This document shows positions 9,492-20,600 of a DNA stretch of 64,000 bases, piece by piece. The translations under genes were made by a program, and so were the position numbers. Position 1 is the stretch's first letter; each line of letters begins with the position of its first letter. The stretch spans positions 1-64,000 of IMG/VR virus record IMGVR_UViG_3300032286_000547; one strand, 5' to 3'. Under the pieces are notes generated by a model. It worked only from the letters and a program-made list of their open reading frames with translations. It was not told the origin of the DNA and did no database searches. The DNA comes from a virus.

Positions 9492-10589
9492 ATGATAGCA
9501 TTAATAACATTAGTTATACCACCTGGCGGAGATGCTGGTCCTTTTAATTTGTATTCAAATACAGATGGATATACAACACCATTTGCAACAAACATATCTG
9601 CAGCCGCTTTAACAGCTGGTTACACATCAACTGTTGTACCAAATGGAACAACTATAATTAGAGTGGTATCTACAGGAGTGTGTACAAATTATATTGATAT
9701 ACCAATCAATTTAATTACAACCACTACAACCACTAGTAGTTCTAGTACAAGTACAACAACTAGTACTACTACCACTGCTGTTCCTACTACCACTACTACA
9801 AGTAGTTCAACAAGTACATCTACTAGCACGAGTACATCTACATCTACAAGTACATCTACTTCTACATCAACTAGTACTACAACAGTTGCACCCACTACAA
9901 CCACTACTACTACAAGACTAATTGAATGTATAAGTTATTCAGCAACTATAAGTACTGGAATTGGAAATGTTAGTTGGACTGAATGTAATGGAGATCCTGG
10001 ATTTGGTGAAGTTACTGTAAGTGAACCTATTAGCTTCTGTGCACAAGAAGATACACCAATAAGTTCAACTCCAAATATTACTATAACCGATAATGGATCT
10101 TGTACAAGTCCTGAAGAAGGATGTTACACTATAACATTTAATCCTGATAGTGAATGTCCAGGTGATCCAGGTCATGTTACTGTATCATATACAGAATGTA
10201 ATGGAGATCAAGTTATAGGTGAAGTAATTAATACAGGAGCAGGTGCTACTAGATGTGCATTAGTTGGAGGTGCTGGTTTACAACCTGCATATGTTTGTGG
10301 AACAGGAACTATTTCACTTGGTGATCCATGTATACAATTAGGTCTTATTTCAGCATTTCCTGATCTAACTGATGCTTGTCCATTAGATATGTTAAATAAT
10401 TGTTGGATAAGTGGTATAGGAGAACCTAATGCAGGAGATGTTATATACACAGATGCTGCAATGACAACACCATTCTCAGGTGATGGAGACTTCTATCATT
10501 TTACTTTACAATCATCTACAATTACATATAGTGCTAGAGTTAATGCTTTTGGAGTAATTCAAGCTGCAGACTATACTATATGTCCTTAA
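9492..10589 (+). CDS. Putative virion decoration protein with mucin-like tract
   Basis: N-terminal GPFNLYSN module, ~65-aa T/S tract, two W/YTECNG modules. Confidence 0.6.
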   Translation: MIALITLVIPPGGDAGPFNLYSNTDGYTTPFATNISAAALTAGYTSTVVPNGTTIIRVVSTGVCTNYIDIPINLITTTTTTSSSSTSTTTSTTTTAVPTTTTTSSSTSTSTSTSTSTSTSTSTSTSTSTTTVAPTTTTTTTRLIECISYSATISTGIGNVSWTECNGDPGFGEVTVSEPISFCAQEDTPISSTPNITITDNGSCTSPEEGCYTITFNPDSECPGDPGHVTVSYTECNGDQVIGEVINTGAGATRCALVGGAGLQPAYVCGTGTISLGDPCIQLGLISAFPDLTDACPLDMLNNCWISGIGEPNAGDVIYTDAAMTTPFSGDGDFYHFTLQSSTITYSARVNAFGVIQAADYTICP

Positions 10590-10614
10590 TAATAAAAACT
10601 AAAATCAATAACAT

Positions 10615-11097
10615 ATGACAGTATTAATAACATTAACAGTTGCTGGGGCTGATTCAGGCCCCTTCAACCTGTATTCAAATATAGATGGATTTACATCAGC
10701 ATTTGAAACAGGAGTCTCTAAAGCTGCTTTATTAGCAGGATATTCTTCTGCATTAGTTCCTAATTTTACAACAGTGATTAGAGTGTTATCAACAGGAGAT
10801 TGTACTAACTATATAGACATAACATTAGATGCACCAATAACCACCACTACAAGTTCTAGTAGCAGTAGTACAACAACCACTACAACTGGAATTCCTTGTA
10901 TCTCATATGAGATGATAGGTGTTTTGGATGGTCCTGGATGTGTAGGATTTGTAAACTACTCATACACTGATTGTTCAGGAGTTTTCCAACTAGGAAGTTT
11001 CTCAGTTTCTAGTTCAGAAACTGTATGTGGACAAAGTCTTCCTACAATAACTTGTGGATCTGCAACAATAAATAACTTAGGCACATGCCTTCCATAA
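10615..11097 (+). CDS. Short paralog of 9492 (GPFNLYSN module, T/S linker, one Cys module)
   Basis: N-terminal ~70 aa align with 9492 (GPFNLYSN.DG.T..F.T..S.AAL.AGY.S..VPN.TT.IRV.STG.CTNYIDI). Confidence 0.65.
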   Translation: MTVLITLTVAGADSGPFNLYSNIDGFTSAFETGVSKAALLAGYSSALVPNFTTVIRVLSTGDCTNYIDITLDAPITTTTSSSSSSTTTTTTGIPCISYEMIGVLDGPGCVGFVNYSYTDCSGVFQLGSFSVSSSETVCGQSLPTITCGSATINNLGTCLP

Positions 11098-11139
11098 GAT
11101 AAATAAAAAACTCTTGTTTTGTTGGTTTTACAAGGTTTT

Positions 11140-11173
11140 CTCCCTAGGCATTTGTCTAGGGAGTTTTTGTTTT
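11140..11173 (+). terminator. Rho-independent terminator
   Basis: CTCCCTAGGC-ATTT-GTCTAGGGAG followed by TTTTTGTTTT, after the last gene of the Thr-rich cluster. Confidence 0.85.
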
Positions 11174-11250
11174 ATAACTATTTTAGTTATAAATAATTAC
11201 AACTCTAACTAAAATTATTTGGAATATATAAAAACAATTCTTTATCTTTA
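11171..11250 (+). promoter_or_regulatory. Palindrome plus Bacteroidota-type promoter (-33 TTTG, -7 TATCTTTA variant)
   Basis: TTTATAACTA-TTT-TAGTTATAAA (11171-11193); TTTG 11218-11221; 21-nt spacer; TATCTTTA 11243-11250. Confidence 0.55.
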
Positions 11251-11278
11251 CAATATTTTTTAACTAATATGAGTACAT

Positions 11279-12493
11279 ATGTCTGAAAATCAAAGCTTGT
11301 TACACCGATTAGAAGAGTTATTAAGTCAGAAGAAAAGTAAAAAATTCTATGCTGAGAAACTAGGAATAAGTGAATTTGAGGTCAATGAACTCATGAAGGA
11401 ACTTAGAGAAAAAGATACAGAAACTGTATCAACAAACTACACAGGAGAACGCAAAGTAAATCTTGAAAGAGGTACAATAGAAAGTACAATAGTCACAGAC
11501 TTTGAACCTAAAGATGATATTGAATTAGCTAAGCTACATAAGATAAACCTAGACAAGTATGTAATTACAAACTACTGGTCTAAAATGTTACCAAGTGGGA
11601 AGTTCACTTCCTCAGTCTTCTCAAAAAGAAAAGAAGCAAAAGATTACTCTCCTGAAGACTTTGCTAAGTTTTTAGAAAACTACAAACCAAATAATATATC
11701 AATCACCAAAGTAGATCGTGCTAATAGTAAAGACTACGTAGATGTAGAAATCTCTATATCTGATTATCATTTAGCTAAAAGAAATGTAGATGGTGATAAT
11801 GATATAACCACAAGAGCTTTAAGATATGTTAATGTGGCTCAGTCTTTGATTGATAAAGTGGAAGCTTGTTACAACATAAACACTGTTGTTCTTCCTATAT
11901 CAAATGATTTCTTTCACACTGATAACTACCAGCATCAAACTACAAACGGTACTCCACAGGACACTATAATGGATTATGCTGATGAGTATGAAGTAGGATT
12001 TGCTATTCTTGTAGACACAATCAACATGTTGAGAAAACATTCTAGCACTGTAAAGGTGGTGTTGGTACAAGGAAATCATGACAGAACTAAATCTTTTTAC
12101 TTAGCTCATGCACTAGATGTATTCTTTAAAGATGAATTAGATGTAGAGTTTATAAGAGAGCATAGTGTTGTTAAAGGATTAACATTAGGAAATACATTTA
12201 TTGGATGGCATCATGGTAACTGTAAGTTAGAAGACTTACCATTATTGTTTGCAACACATCCTAAATATAGTCACCAGTTTGGTGATGCTGTTTACAGAGA
12301 AGTTCATACAGGTGATAAACATCACTATATGGCTAAAGAGGTTAAGGGAGTAAGAATACAACAAATGCCTAGTCTTTCAGGAACTGATAGATGGCACTTA
12401 GATAATAACTTCGTACACTCAGTACGTGCAGCTCTTGCTTTAGTCTATGATCTTAATCTAGGTAAAATAGCAGAGTTTGAAACTAGAATATAA
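11279..12493 (+). CDS. N-terminal HTH plus calcineurin-like metallophosphoesterase
   Basis: YAEKLGISEFEV (HTH); SDYH, ND.FH.D, GNHD, WHHG and GDKHH metallophosphoesterase motifs. Confidence 0.8.
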   Translation: MSENQSLLHRLEELLSQKKSKKFYAEKLGISEFEVNELMKELREKDTETVSTNYTGERKVNLERGTIESTIVTDFEPKDDIELAKLHKINLDKYVITNYWSKMLPSGKFTSSVFSKRKEAKDYSPEDFAKFLENYKPNNISITKVDRANSKDYVDVEISISDYHLAKRNVDGDNDITTRALRYVNVAQSLIDKVEACYNINTVVLPISNDFFHTDNYQHQTTNGTPQDTIMDYADEYEVGFAILVDTINMLRKHSSTVKVVLVQGNHDRTKSFYLAHALDVFFKDELDVEFIREHSVVKGLTLGNTFIGWHHGNCKLEDLPLLFATHPKYSHQFGDAVYREVHTGDKHHYMAKEVKGVRIQQMPSLSGTDRWHLDNNFVHSVRAALALVYDLNLGKIAEFETRI

Positions 12494-12495
12494 TT

Positions 12496-13224
12496 ATGGC
12501 AACATTAAGAAAATTAGTATCCGATGTTAGAAGTGTCCACAAGATACTTTCTACAGATAGTCTTATTACAGATAGAGCAATTGCATCTGAGATAAGAAAT
12601 AACTCCTTATTACTTATAAAGAGAGAAACCAATTTAAGAAAACTTTGGGCTACTGATACATTGTTCACTACCATTCCTTGTTTAGAGATGATAGAAGTAC
12701 CTATCTCTGAATGTTGTAATTATGTAGATGAATGTAGTGTTGCTAGAACAAAATTTAAACTTCCACGTATATCAGAAGGTAACTACCAATATGTAATACA
12801 AGGAGTTTATTCTATTAATGCTATGAGTGGTGTAGGAAAGAAGTTAAAAGAAATAACTATCAATAGATATATAAATCTTTTAAAGCTTCCTATAATCAAG
12901 AATGAAGAATACTATTGGATATCTAATGGATATCTATATGTAAACAATCCTTTACTTAAAGCAATTAGATTTGTTGCATTGTTTGAAGAAGATGTAGAGA
13001 ATGAGATTATGTATCCAGAATGTGGATGCGGTACTCCAGAATATACATTAGAAGAGATATGTAAAAATCCATTAGATAAAGAGTTTCCTCTTCCTGGCTA
13101 TTTAGAACAACAAGCATTACAACTTACGTCTCAAAAATTATTATCTACATACTTCAATCTTAAAACAGATACTAGTGCAGAAGGAATAGATGGACAAGCA
13201 CCAAACTCAAAACAAAGTAGTTAA
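12496..13224 (+). CDS. crAss-like ring/neck structural protein
   Basis: Position before the IHF-like and tail tubular genes; TIPCLEMIEV, YYWISNGYLYV, ALFEE and EFPLP motifs. Confidence 0.6.
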   Translation: MATLRKLVSDVRSVHKILSTDSLITDRAIASEIRNNSLLLIKRETNLRKLWATDTLFTTIPCLEMIEVPISECCNYVDECSVARTKFKLPRISEGNYQYVIQGVYSINAMSGVGKKLKEITINRYINLLKLPIIKNEEYYWISNGYLYVNNPLLKAIRFVALFEEDVENEIMYPECGCGTPEYTLEEICKNPLDKEFPLPGYLEQQALQLTSQKLLSTYFNLKTDTSAEGIDGQAPNSKQSS

Positions 13225-13703
13225 TGAGAACAAAGATTGATTGGAGAAGCTCTAGTAAAGAAAACTACGATAAGTTTTGCAAAAACTATCCTTCTATAAA
13301 ACTTACATACGATGAGTGGAGAAATATTCTTTACACATTCAATGAGTTCTTTAAAGAATACATTTTAGAAACAGGAGATAAAGCAAAGCTACCTTATGGA
13401 TTTGGAGAGTTCTCAATCAATAAAAAGAAAAGAAGAAGATTAAAAAACAGTGTAGATGGTAAAGAGTTTGTAAACCTACCAATCGATTGGCAAAAAACTA
13501 AAGAGAAAGGAAAGATTATCTACAACTTTAATTATCATACAGAAGGATACTTCTTTGGTTGGATGTGGTTTAAACAAACAGCACGATTTAAAAACTCTGA
13601 CTTGTGGTATTTTAAACCTTCCAGACTTACATCAAGACTATTATCACATTACATAAAAACCAACGACAAGTACCAAAATATTTACCGAGAATGGAAAAAA
13701 TAA
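13224..13703 (+). CDS. IHF/HU-like DNA-binding protein (crAss-type)
   Basis: Basic 159 aa; ILETGDKAKLPYGFGEFSI matches the HU/IHF L.GFG.F motif; IDWQKTK..GK.IY.FNYHT. Confidence 0.7.
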   Translation: MRTKIDWRSSSKENYDKFCKNYPSIKLTYDEWRNILYTFNEFFKEYILETGDKAKLPYGFGEFSINKKKRRRLKNSVDGKEFVNLPIDWQKTKEKGKIIYNFNYHTEGYFFGWMWFKQTARFKNSDLWYFKPSRLTSRLLSHYIKTNDKYQNIYREWKK

Positions 13704-13709
13704 TGAACT

Positions 13710-14684
13710 ATGTCATACTACTATAAATATAATTTCGTATCCCCAGAGCCTGTCTACTCAACAGTTAAAGAAGAGCTTAAAAGTTATTTTGATACTGGTG
13801 CAGTGGATGATCTTTTATTTCCTACCTACTTAGACAAAGCTCTAAAGAAGTTAGGAAGAACCACATTTGTAATAAGTGAAGAAGTCTTATTTATAGAAGA
13901 TTTTGAAGCCAGACTTCCTGATAATTTCTATGCTGTAAGAGAAGCTTGGATGTGTACAGAAGTTGCTGGTTATCCATATCAGACAGCTAATTCATTTTAT
14001 TCACAAGCTGCTAATGCAACCACTATTCAAGTGGCTCCATTAACTATTGGAGGAACACCTTGTAATAGACCTGGTTGTCAAGATCCAGCATGTAATGGTA
14101 CATGTATGCCAACATTAGTTCAAGCTGTATATAAAACAAATAACACTGTGGCTAGAGGATTTACTCACGAGTATTTACTTAGACCTGGTAATATATCTGC
14201 AAGACAGAATTGTGGAGTGGAGTATACTAACACATGGGACTTCTATGCAGAAGCTCCTCCTATTCATGAGTTCACTCCTGGTGCTGCTAGTTATGATTCA
14301 TTTGACATTAGAGATAATAAGTTTGTAACTAATTTCAGAAATGGTGTTGTTCACTTATTGTTCTATGCTACAGAATATGATGAGATAGGTAATCAAATGA
14401 TTCCTGATAACTATCGTATTAGAGAATACGTAGAAGCATTTCTTAAATTCAAGATATTTGAAATCCTGACTAATCAAACTAATGATGAAACTTTCAATCA
14501 GTTACAACAAAAGATGATGTATTACAAACAGGCATATGAAGAAGCCTATATTATGGCTGACATTGAAATCAAGAAACAAACTCCTTGGGAGAAACAAAGA
14601 AGAATTAAAAACGATCTTAACAGGTTTAATATGTACGAACTTCCTAACAGAACTAATCGTTATGGAAGAAGACGTAATAATTAA
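13710..14684 (+). CDS. Tail tubular / ring protein
   Basis: Sits between the IHF-like and muzzle genes; ARLPDNF, TNFRNGVVHLLFY and DEIGNQMIPD motifs. Confidence 0.65.
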   Translation: MSYYYKYNFVSPEPVYSTVKEELKSYFDTGAVDDLLFPTYLDKALKKLGRTTFVISEEVLFIEDFEARLPDNFYAVREAWMCTEVAGYPYQTANSFYSQAANATTIQVAPLTIGGTPCNRPGCQDPACNGTCMPTLVQAVYKTNNTVARGFTHEYLLRPGNISARQNCGVEYTNTWDFYAEAPPIHEFTPGAASYDSFDIRDNKFVTNFRNGVVHLLFYATEYDEIGNQMIPDNYRIREYVEAFLKFKIFEILTNQTNDETFNQLQQKMMYYKQAYEEAYIMADIEIKKQTPWEKQRRIKNDLNRFNMYELPNRTNRYGRRRNN

Positions 14685-14689
14685 TCATT

Positions 14690-17600
14690 ATGGCTGAAGA
14701 AAAACAACAAGGAAACATAAGACAAGAGTACAATAATGCTACTGTAGGACTGAATATGGATCAATCTGTTAATCAGATTAAGCCAGGTACTCTTACATAT
14801 GCATTAAATGCTGCCTTGGAAAACTTTGATGCTAGTTCTGTTAACTATCAGAATGAGCAAGGTAATGAGTTTTGTGTAAGTTTCCCACAAGGATTTACAT
14901 TAATAGGTAATCATTTTATTGCAGAGCAAAGTAAACATATATTCTTTATAACTAATCCTAATACAGGAGATTGTCAGATTGGATATATGGACAACAATGA
15001 TTGTATCTACCGTATATTAGTAAATGGTAGATGCCTTAACTTTAATATAAATAATCCAATACAAAAAACAGTACATAAGATTACAAACTGTACAACAGAA
15101 ATATATTGGACAGATGGATTAAATCCAAGAAGATATTTAGATATTAATAATGTTCCTTATATATTATCACCTCAATCAGAATTGTGTGACCCTGTATACA
15201 CAGATCAATTAGATTGTAATCAATTAAAGATACAACCTAATTTCAGTATTCCATTTTTAAATGTTGTAGATGTAATTAGTGGCGGTGAACTAAAAGCAGG
15301 AACTGTACAGTTTGCTATACAATATTGTGATGCTGCAGGTAATGCATTCACATCATATTATTCTGTTACCAATCCTACACCTATTGCTGATCCATTTATC
15401 ACTACAGTTAATTATGATTACACTGTGGGTAAATCAGTTGTAGTTGATATTACAGGATTAGATACTACAGGACAATATCAATATTATAACTTAGCAGTGA
15501 TTACCACTGTAAATGCTATCACTTCTGTAGAATTAGTTGGTACATATTTTATTGAAAATTCATACGATCAAGTTACATACACTGGTCAAAACGTAGATAA
15601 CATTCGTTTAGTTATTGCAGACATATTTGAAAAATATCCTTACTATGATATTGCACAAGACTTAACAGCTGTACAAGATGTTCTTGTATGGGATAATCTT
15701 ACATCTATAGACAGACTTAACTATCAATCTATTGCTACTAAAATAAAACTTAATTGGCAAACATATAGAATACCAAATAATGAAAACTATGCTGATGAAT
15801 TAAATGCTACAAACTTACGTGGATATTTACGTGATGAGGTGTATGCATTTGAAATTGTATTCTTATTAAAGAATGGAAAGCAAACAGATGGTTTTCACAT
15901 CCCTGGAAGAGAAATAGGTTATAATGATTTACAATATCCAAATGTACTAGATACGGATCCAGATTTTATTGGAGAACCAGAACCAGGTACAAACTATAGT
16001 CCTTATTGGAAGATATATAATACAGCCACTGTAATAGGACCTGCAACAGGAGATCCTATTGGTAATGCTACACCATATCAATATGGTGAAATGGCTTATT
16101 GGGAATCTACAGAAGAGTATCCTTGTAATGAAGATTTGTGGGGTGAACTTGCTGGTAAACGTATTAGACATCATAAGTTTCCAGATGTTCTTGTAAGTCC
16201 TATATTTGAGAATCCTGTATATGTATATTCAGGAAATCAAGTGGTTCCTGTAATGCAAAATAATGCAGTGTATCCAATTGGTGTAAGAGTAGATGTTGGA
16301 CAAATTAGTACATTGATTGCACAATCATCATTAACTGCAGAACAAAAGGATGATATTGTTGCATTCAAAATAGTTAGAGGAGATAGAGGAACAAACAAAT
16401 CTATTGTAGCTAAAGGGATACTTCGTAACGTTGGATCTTATGAAAGACAAAATCAAACTCTTTATTATCCAAACTATCCATACAATGACCTTAATTCAGA
16501 TCCTTTCTTAAATTCATTTAACAATGCATTCAATCAAATATCTAGTCCATGGTTAGTAATAAACAGTAGTGGTACTGATGTTACAGTTGAATATAAAGAT
16601 CCTAACACAAATCAAACTGGAACAAGAACAGTACCTCCTAACACAACGATTGAGTTTTGTTCAACAAGTAGACCTACAGTAAGAGAAGGTGTAGCTACAG
16701 TTGGTCCTGGAAACTTTGATTCATTTTTCTTAAGTGGTTGTCATGGAACTAAAGGATATCGTGCATTCTGGGCTACTCCATTTACTTCTGATAATACTGT
16801 TCTAAATCAACAAGAGGAGTATATGGACTCTAATAGTAATATATTTGGAGGTGGTTGTAGTACAGGTAGAGCTATTGTAAATGTTGGTGGAAGTGTAGGT
16901 GATGATTGTGATAACCCTTGGTGGAATCCATTTAAGTGTGATCCACGTGCTGATATTGAAGATATTGAATATCAAGACATTGGTGTTGTAAATTTTAATA
17001 AGAGTAGAAGATCTAAACTTAACTGTAAAGGACAAACACCAGTTCCTGCATTTACAGGTGGAACATTAAACTATAGACAAATATTTAATTCTCCTGAAAC
17101 ATCATTTGGACAACCATTCTTAGGTAATGTATTAAAACTTGAGAATGTAATGTTTGGTGCTGGTAGAGCGCATTTTGTTCCAGTGGAAAGTAATGCTAAA
17201 TATAAACTTCTTACAAAAGAAGCTCAATATGATGCATTAGAATCATCAGAAAGACTTGGTGCTATTACAAGTCCATTTAATGCTGGAGCAATGTTTGCTG
17301 CTTACCAATCATATTTAACTATTTATGTAAATGGTATTACTAGAAAGAACTATGCATACTCATTCAATTCAATAGCTAGCTATGACTACTTTGGAAACAT
17401 AGATAATAGTCTTGGTATCAAACAAAGAACAATTGATTTTGCTCGTTATTTAATTCCAGGTGTTCAATCTGTTGGAGAACCAGGTGGTATAAATGTAAAC
17501 AACTTTGAAAGAGAAAGTTCTGTATATATCAAAACTATAGAAGAAAGAGATGTTGCTATCCCTGTTACACCTTTAGAATTTCCTAGCAAGACACCAAGTC

Positions 17601-20600
17601 TTGTTTCAGGAGGAACTTCTATAATTACAGATAAATCTAGATTTACTATAGGAAGTAGTGGTGTATGTAATTCTCCAGGTAAAGAACAAAACATCAATGT
17701 AGTGTCTTATTATGGTTCTATGAAAAATATATTTGTAAACCAATGGGGGCAGATATATTCATACAACACTATTGATACAGGATTCCAAAGAAAAATTAAT
17801 TCAGGAAATACAGATATTGCTACTGTGTTTGGTGGAGATACATTTATCTCTAGATTCACATTCAAAACAAAACTTCCATTCTTTATAGATAATAGAGTTA
17901 ATGCTCCTGATGATTCAGACATATTTTATGATGAAATAGGTAATGTAGCTTATCCAAAATTCTGGCACTCTGCTAGATCTATTCTTTCAGACTATACAGT
18001 ACAAGGTCAGGTTATGTCAAATATTATTTCATATAAAGCAAACTATCTTGATTGTCCTAATTATGATCCTGTAACATTTGCAATCAATGCACCTTCTGGT
18101 TCAAATAGAACATTCTATGACGGATACTTCTATTTGTTTGCATATGGTATTCCTAACTTCTATTGTGAGACTTCTTACAACTTAGACCTTAGACAAGCAT
18201 TCAACAATAGAGAAGGTGACTTCTGGCCACACGTATCTACAGGTATTCCTGATGCTTGGGTTCAAGAAGATTACGTATCTATTGCAAATGATAATACGTA
18301 TACTTATAATGTAACATTCTCTAAACAAAATAAAGAGAACACGTTTACTCATTTACCACCTGATTGGGTTGAGCAATTCTGTTATACAAACTATCCATTT
18401 AGAGCAATCTACTCAGACTCTCAAAATACAGATGCTGATAACAGAGTGAATAGTTGGTTAACATATAGAGCATTATCATATTTTGATTTCCCTCAAAACT
18501 ATGGAGGACTTATATCATTAGATGGTATTCAGAATAAAGCTGTACTTGCTAGATTTGAGAATAAGAGTTTATTGTATAACAACTTATTAACTATTGATAC
18601 AAGTAATCCACAAGCTGCGTATGTAGGTAATCCTAATATGTTTAGAGGTGCTCCTCCTATTGACTTTGCTGAAACAGATCTTGGATATGTAGGAAGTCAG
18701 AATAAATTCTTATTAAAGATTCCTCAAGGACAAGTAACAGTAGATGCTAAAAGAGGTCAGATATTTTTAATCTCTGGTACACAAGCTGTAGATATTTCTG
18801 CATTTGGTAGTGGTATGAATAGATTCTTTACAGACCACTTAGCATTTGAAATACTTAGATATTTCCCTGATGTAAATATAGATAACCATTTTACAGGAGT
18901 TGGACTTCATGGTGTATATGATAGTAAGTTTGATAGAGTTATATTTACTAAACTAGATTATATTCCTATTGATAAAGATGTTAGATATGATTCTACTTTA
19001 CAGCAGTTTTATGTAGAAGATGTAATCAGTGGAATTACATTTAGAACACAGGTGTATTTAACAGACCCTGATTACTTCTGTAATAAGTCTTGGACTATAT
19101 CATTTAATTTCAATACTAAAAGCTGGGTGAGTTTCCATACATATATTCCTAATTTCTATATAGCAGAAAATAATTTCTTCTATTCAGGACTTAATGGATG
19201 TTGTGATGATGTTAGTTTCTCTGCATTAGTTGGAAACTTAATACCTCCTACTAGTACAACTACTAGTACAACACAAGCTCCTCCATCAACCACAACTACA
19301 ACTACACTAGGTTTAGATTGTCAGTTAGGAGGAGTGGCAGTTACATTATTATGTAACTTAGCAGGTACTGGTATAATAACTGTACCTTCTCCAAGTACTA
19401 CAACAACTACTACAGCATGTGCTAGACCTGCTGGATTAAATCTTTATGGATTCTATACTGGATATCAAGTTGGATCTAATCCTGCAGTTATTTCTACAGG
19501 AAGTCTTGTAGATGCTTGTGCTGCAATTTCATTTACAAGTTCTACTATTACAACACTATCTGGTTTCTCAGTGATGGCTGAAAATCTTTTACTTGGTGCT
19601 TTTGTTTATTTAGGAACAGGTACTGATTGTACACTAGTTCCTGATGGATGGTATTTTACTCCTGAAGGTCAAACAAGTGGATTTGCATACCAATTAGTTG
19701 ATGGAGAGGTTGTACAAATTTCATACTGTAATTCTAATAACACTACAACATCAACTACTACATTAGTTCCAAACGTTCCAGAATGTTGTGGAATAATATT
19801 TAGTGAAGGAGATGATATAAGTTTACTTAATAATGATGGATCCTTTACTCCATTATCAGTACCAGGATATGTAAACTCTTATGGAATAGAATTATCTGTA
19901 GATAAATTATGGTCTATTGATACTCAAATTGTTGAATGGGATGTTACATTAAGTCCATTCAGTGCAGTGTTTAATAGAAACATAACACTTCCTGTAGGAT
20001 TTACAACAGGTAGTGGAATATCAGCAATCAATGATACATTATTAATTGCTGTAGATTCATCAACAAGTCCTCAAGAAGTAGTTGAATTAGATATCACTAC
20101 TACCACTGCAACTATGAGTACTGTGTTTACATTGCAAGCAAATAGAGTGGCGTTAGGTAATTTCTTATATACCACTTCTAATAAACTGTTAATACTTAAT
20201 CAAGATTCAGTTACATCAACATACTATCTTACTCAGTATGATTATGCAACATATGCAATTGATGTTGATACAGATCTTGGATCAATTGTACCTGTTTCTA
20301 TATTCTCATGTTCATGTGTTACATATGTAATAGATGATTTAGGAGATGTTTATTCTGTACAATCTGCTCCTAATTATGAATTAACTATTGTAAATAACTT
20401 TAACGTAATTCCTAATTCATCTGCGCAATCAAATGCATGTATAATATGTTCATTAACAGATAATGGAAATCTTCTTACAACAACCACTACAACTATAGCT
20501 GCTTTATATTTTTGCTATACTGTTCAAGTGAATAACACTTGTGATGTAAGTTGGATTGATGTTACAGGAACAACACAAACTCAAACTGTATCAAACAATA

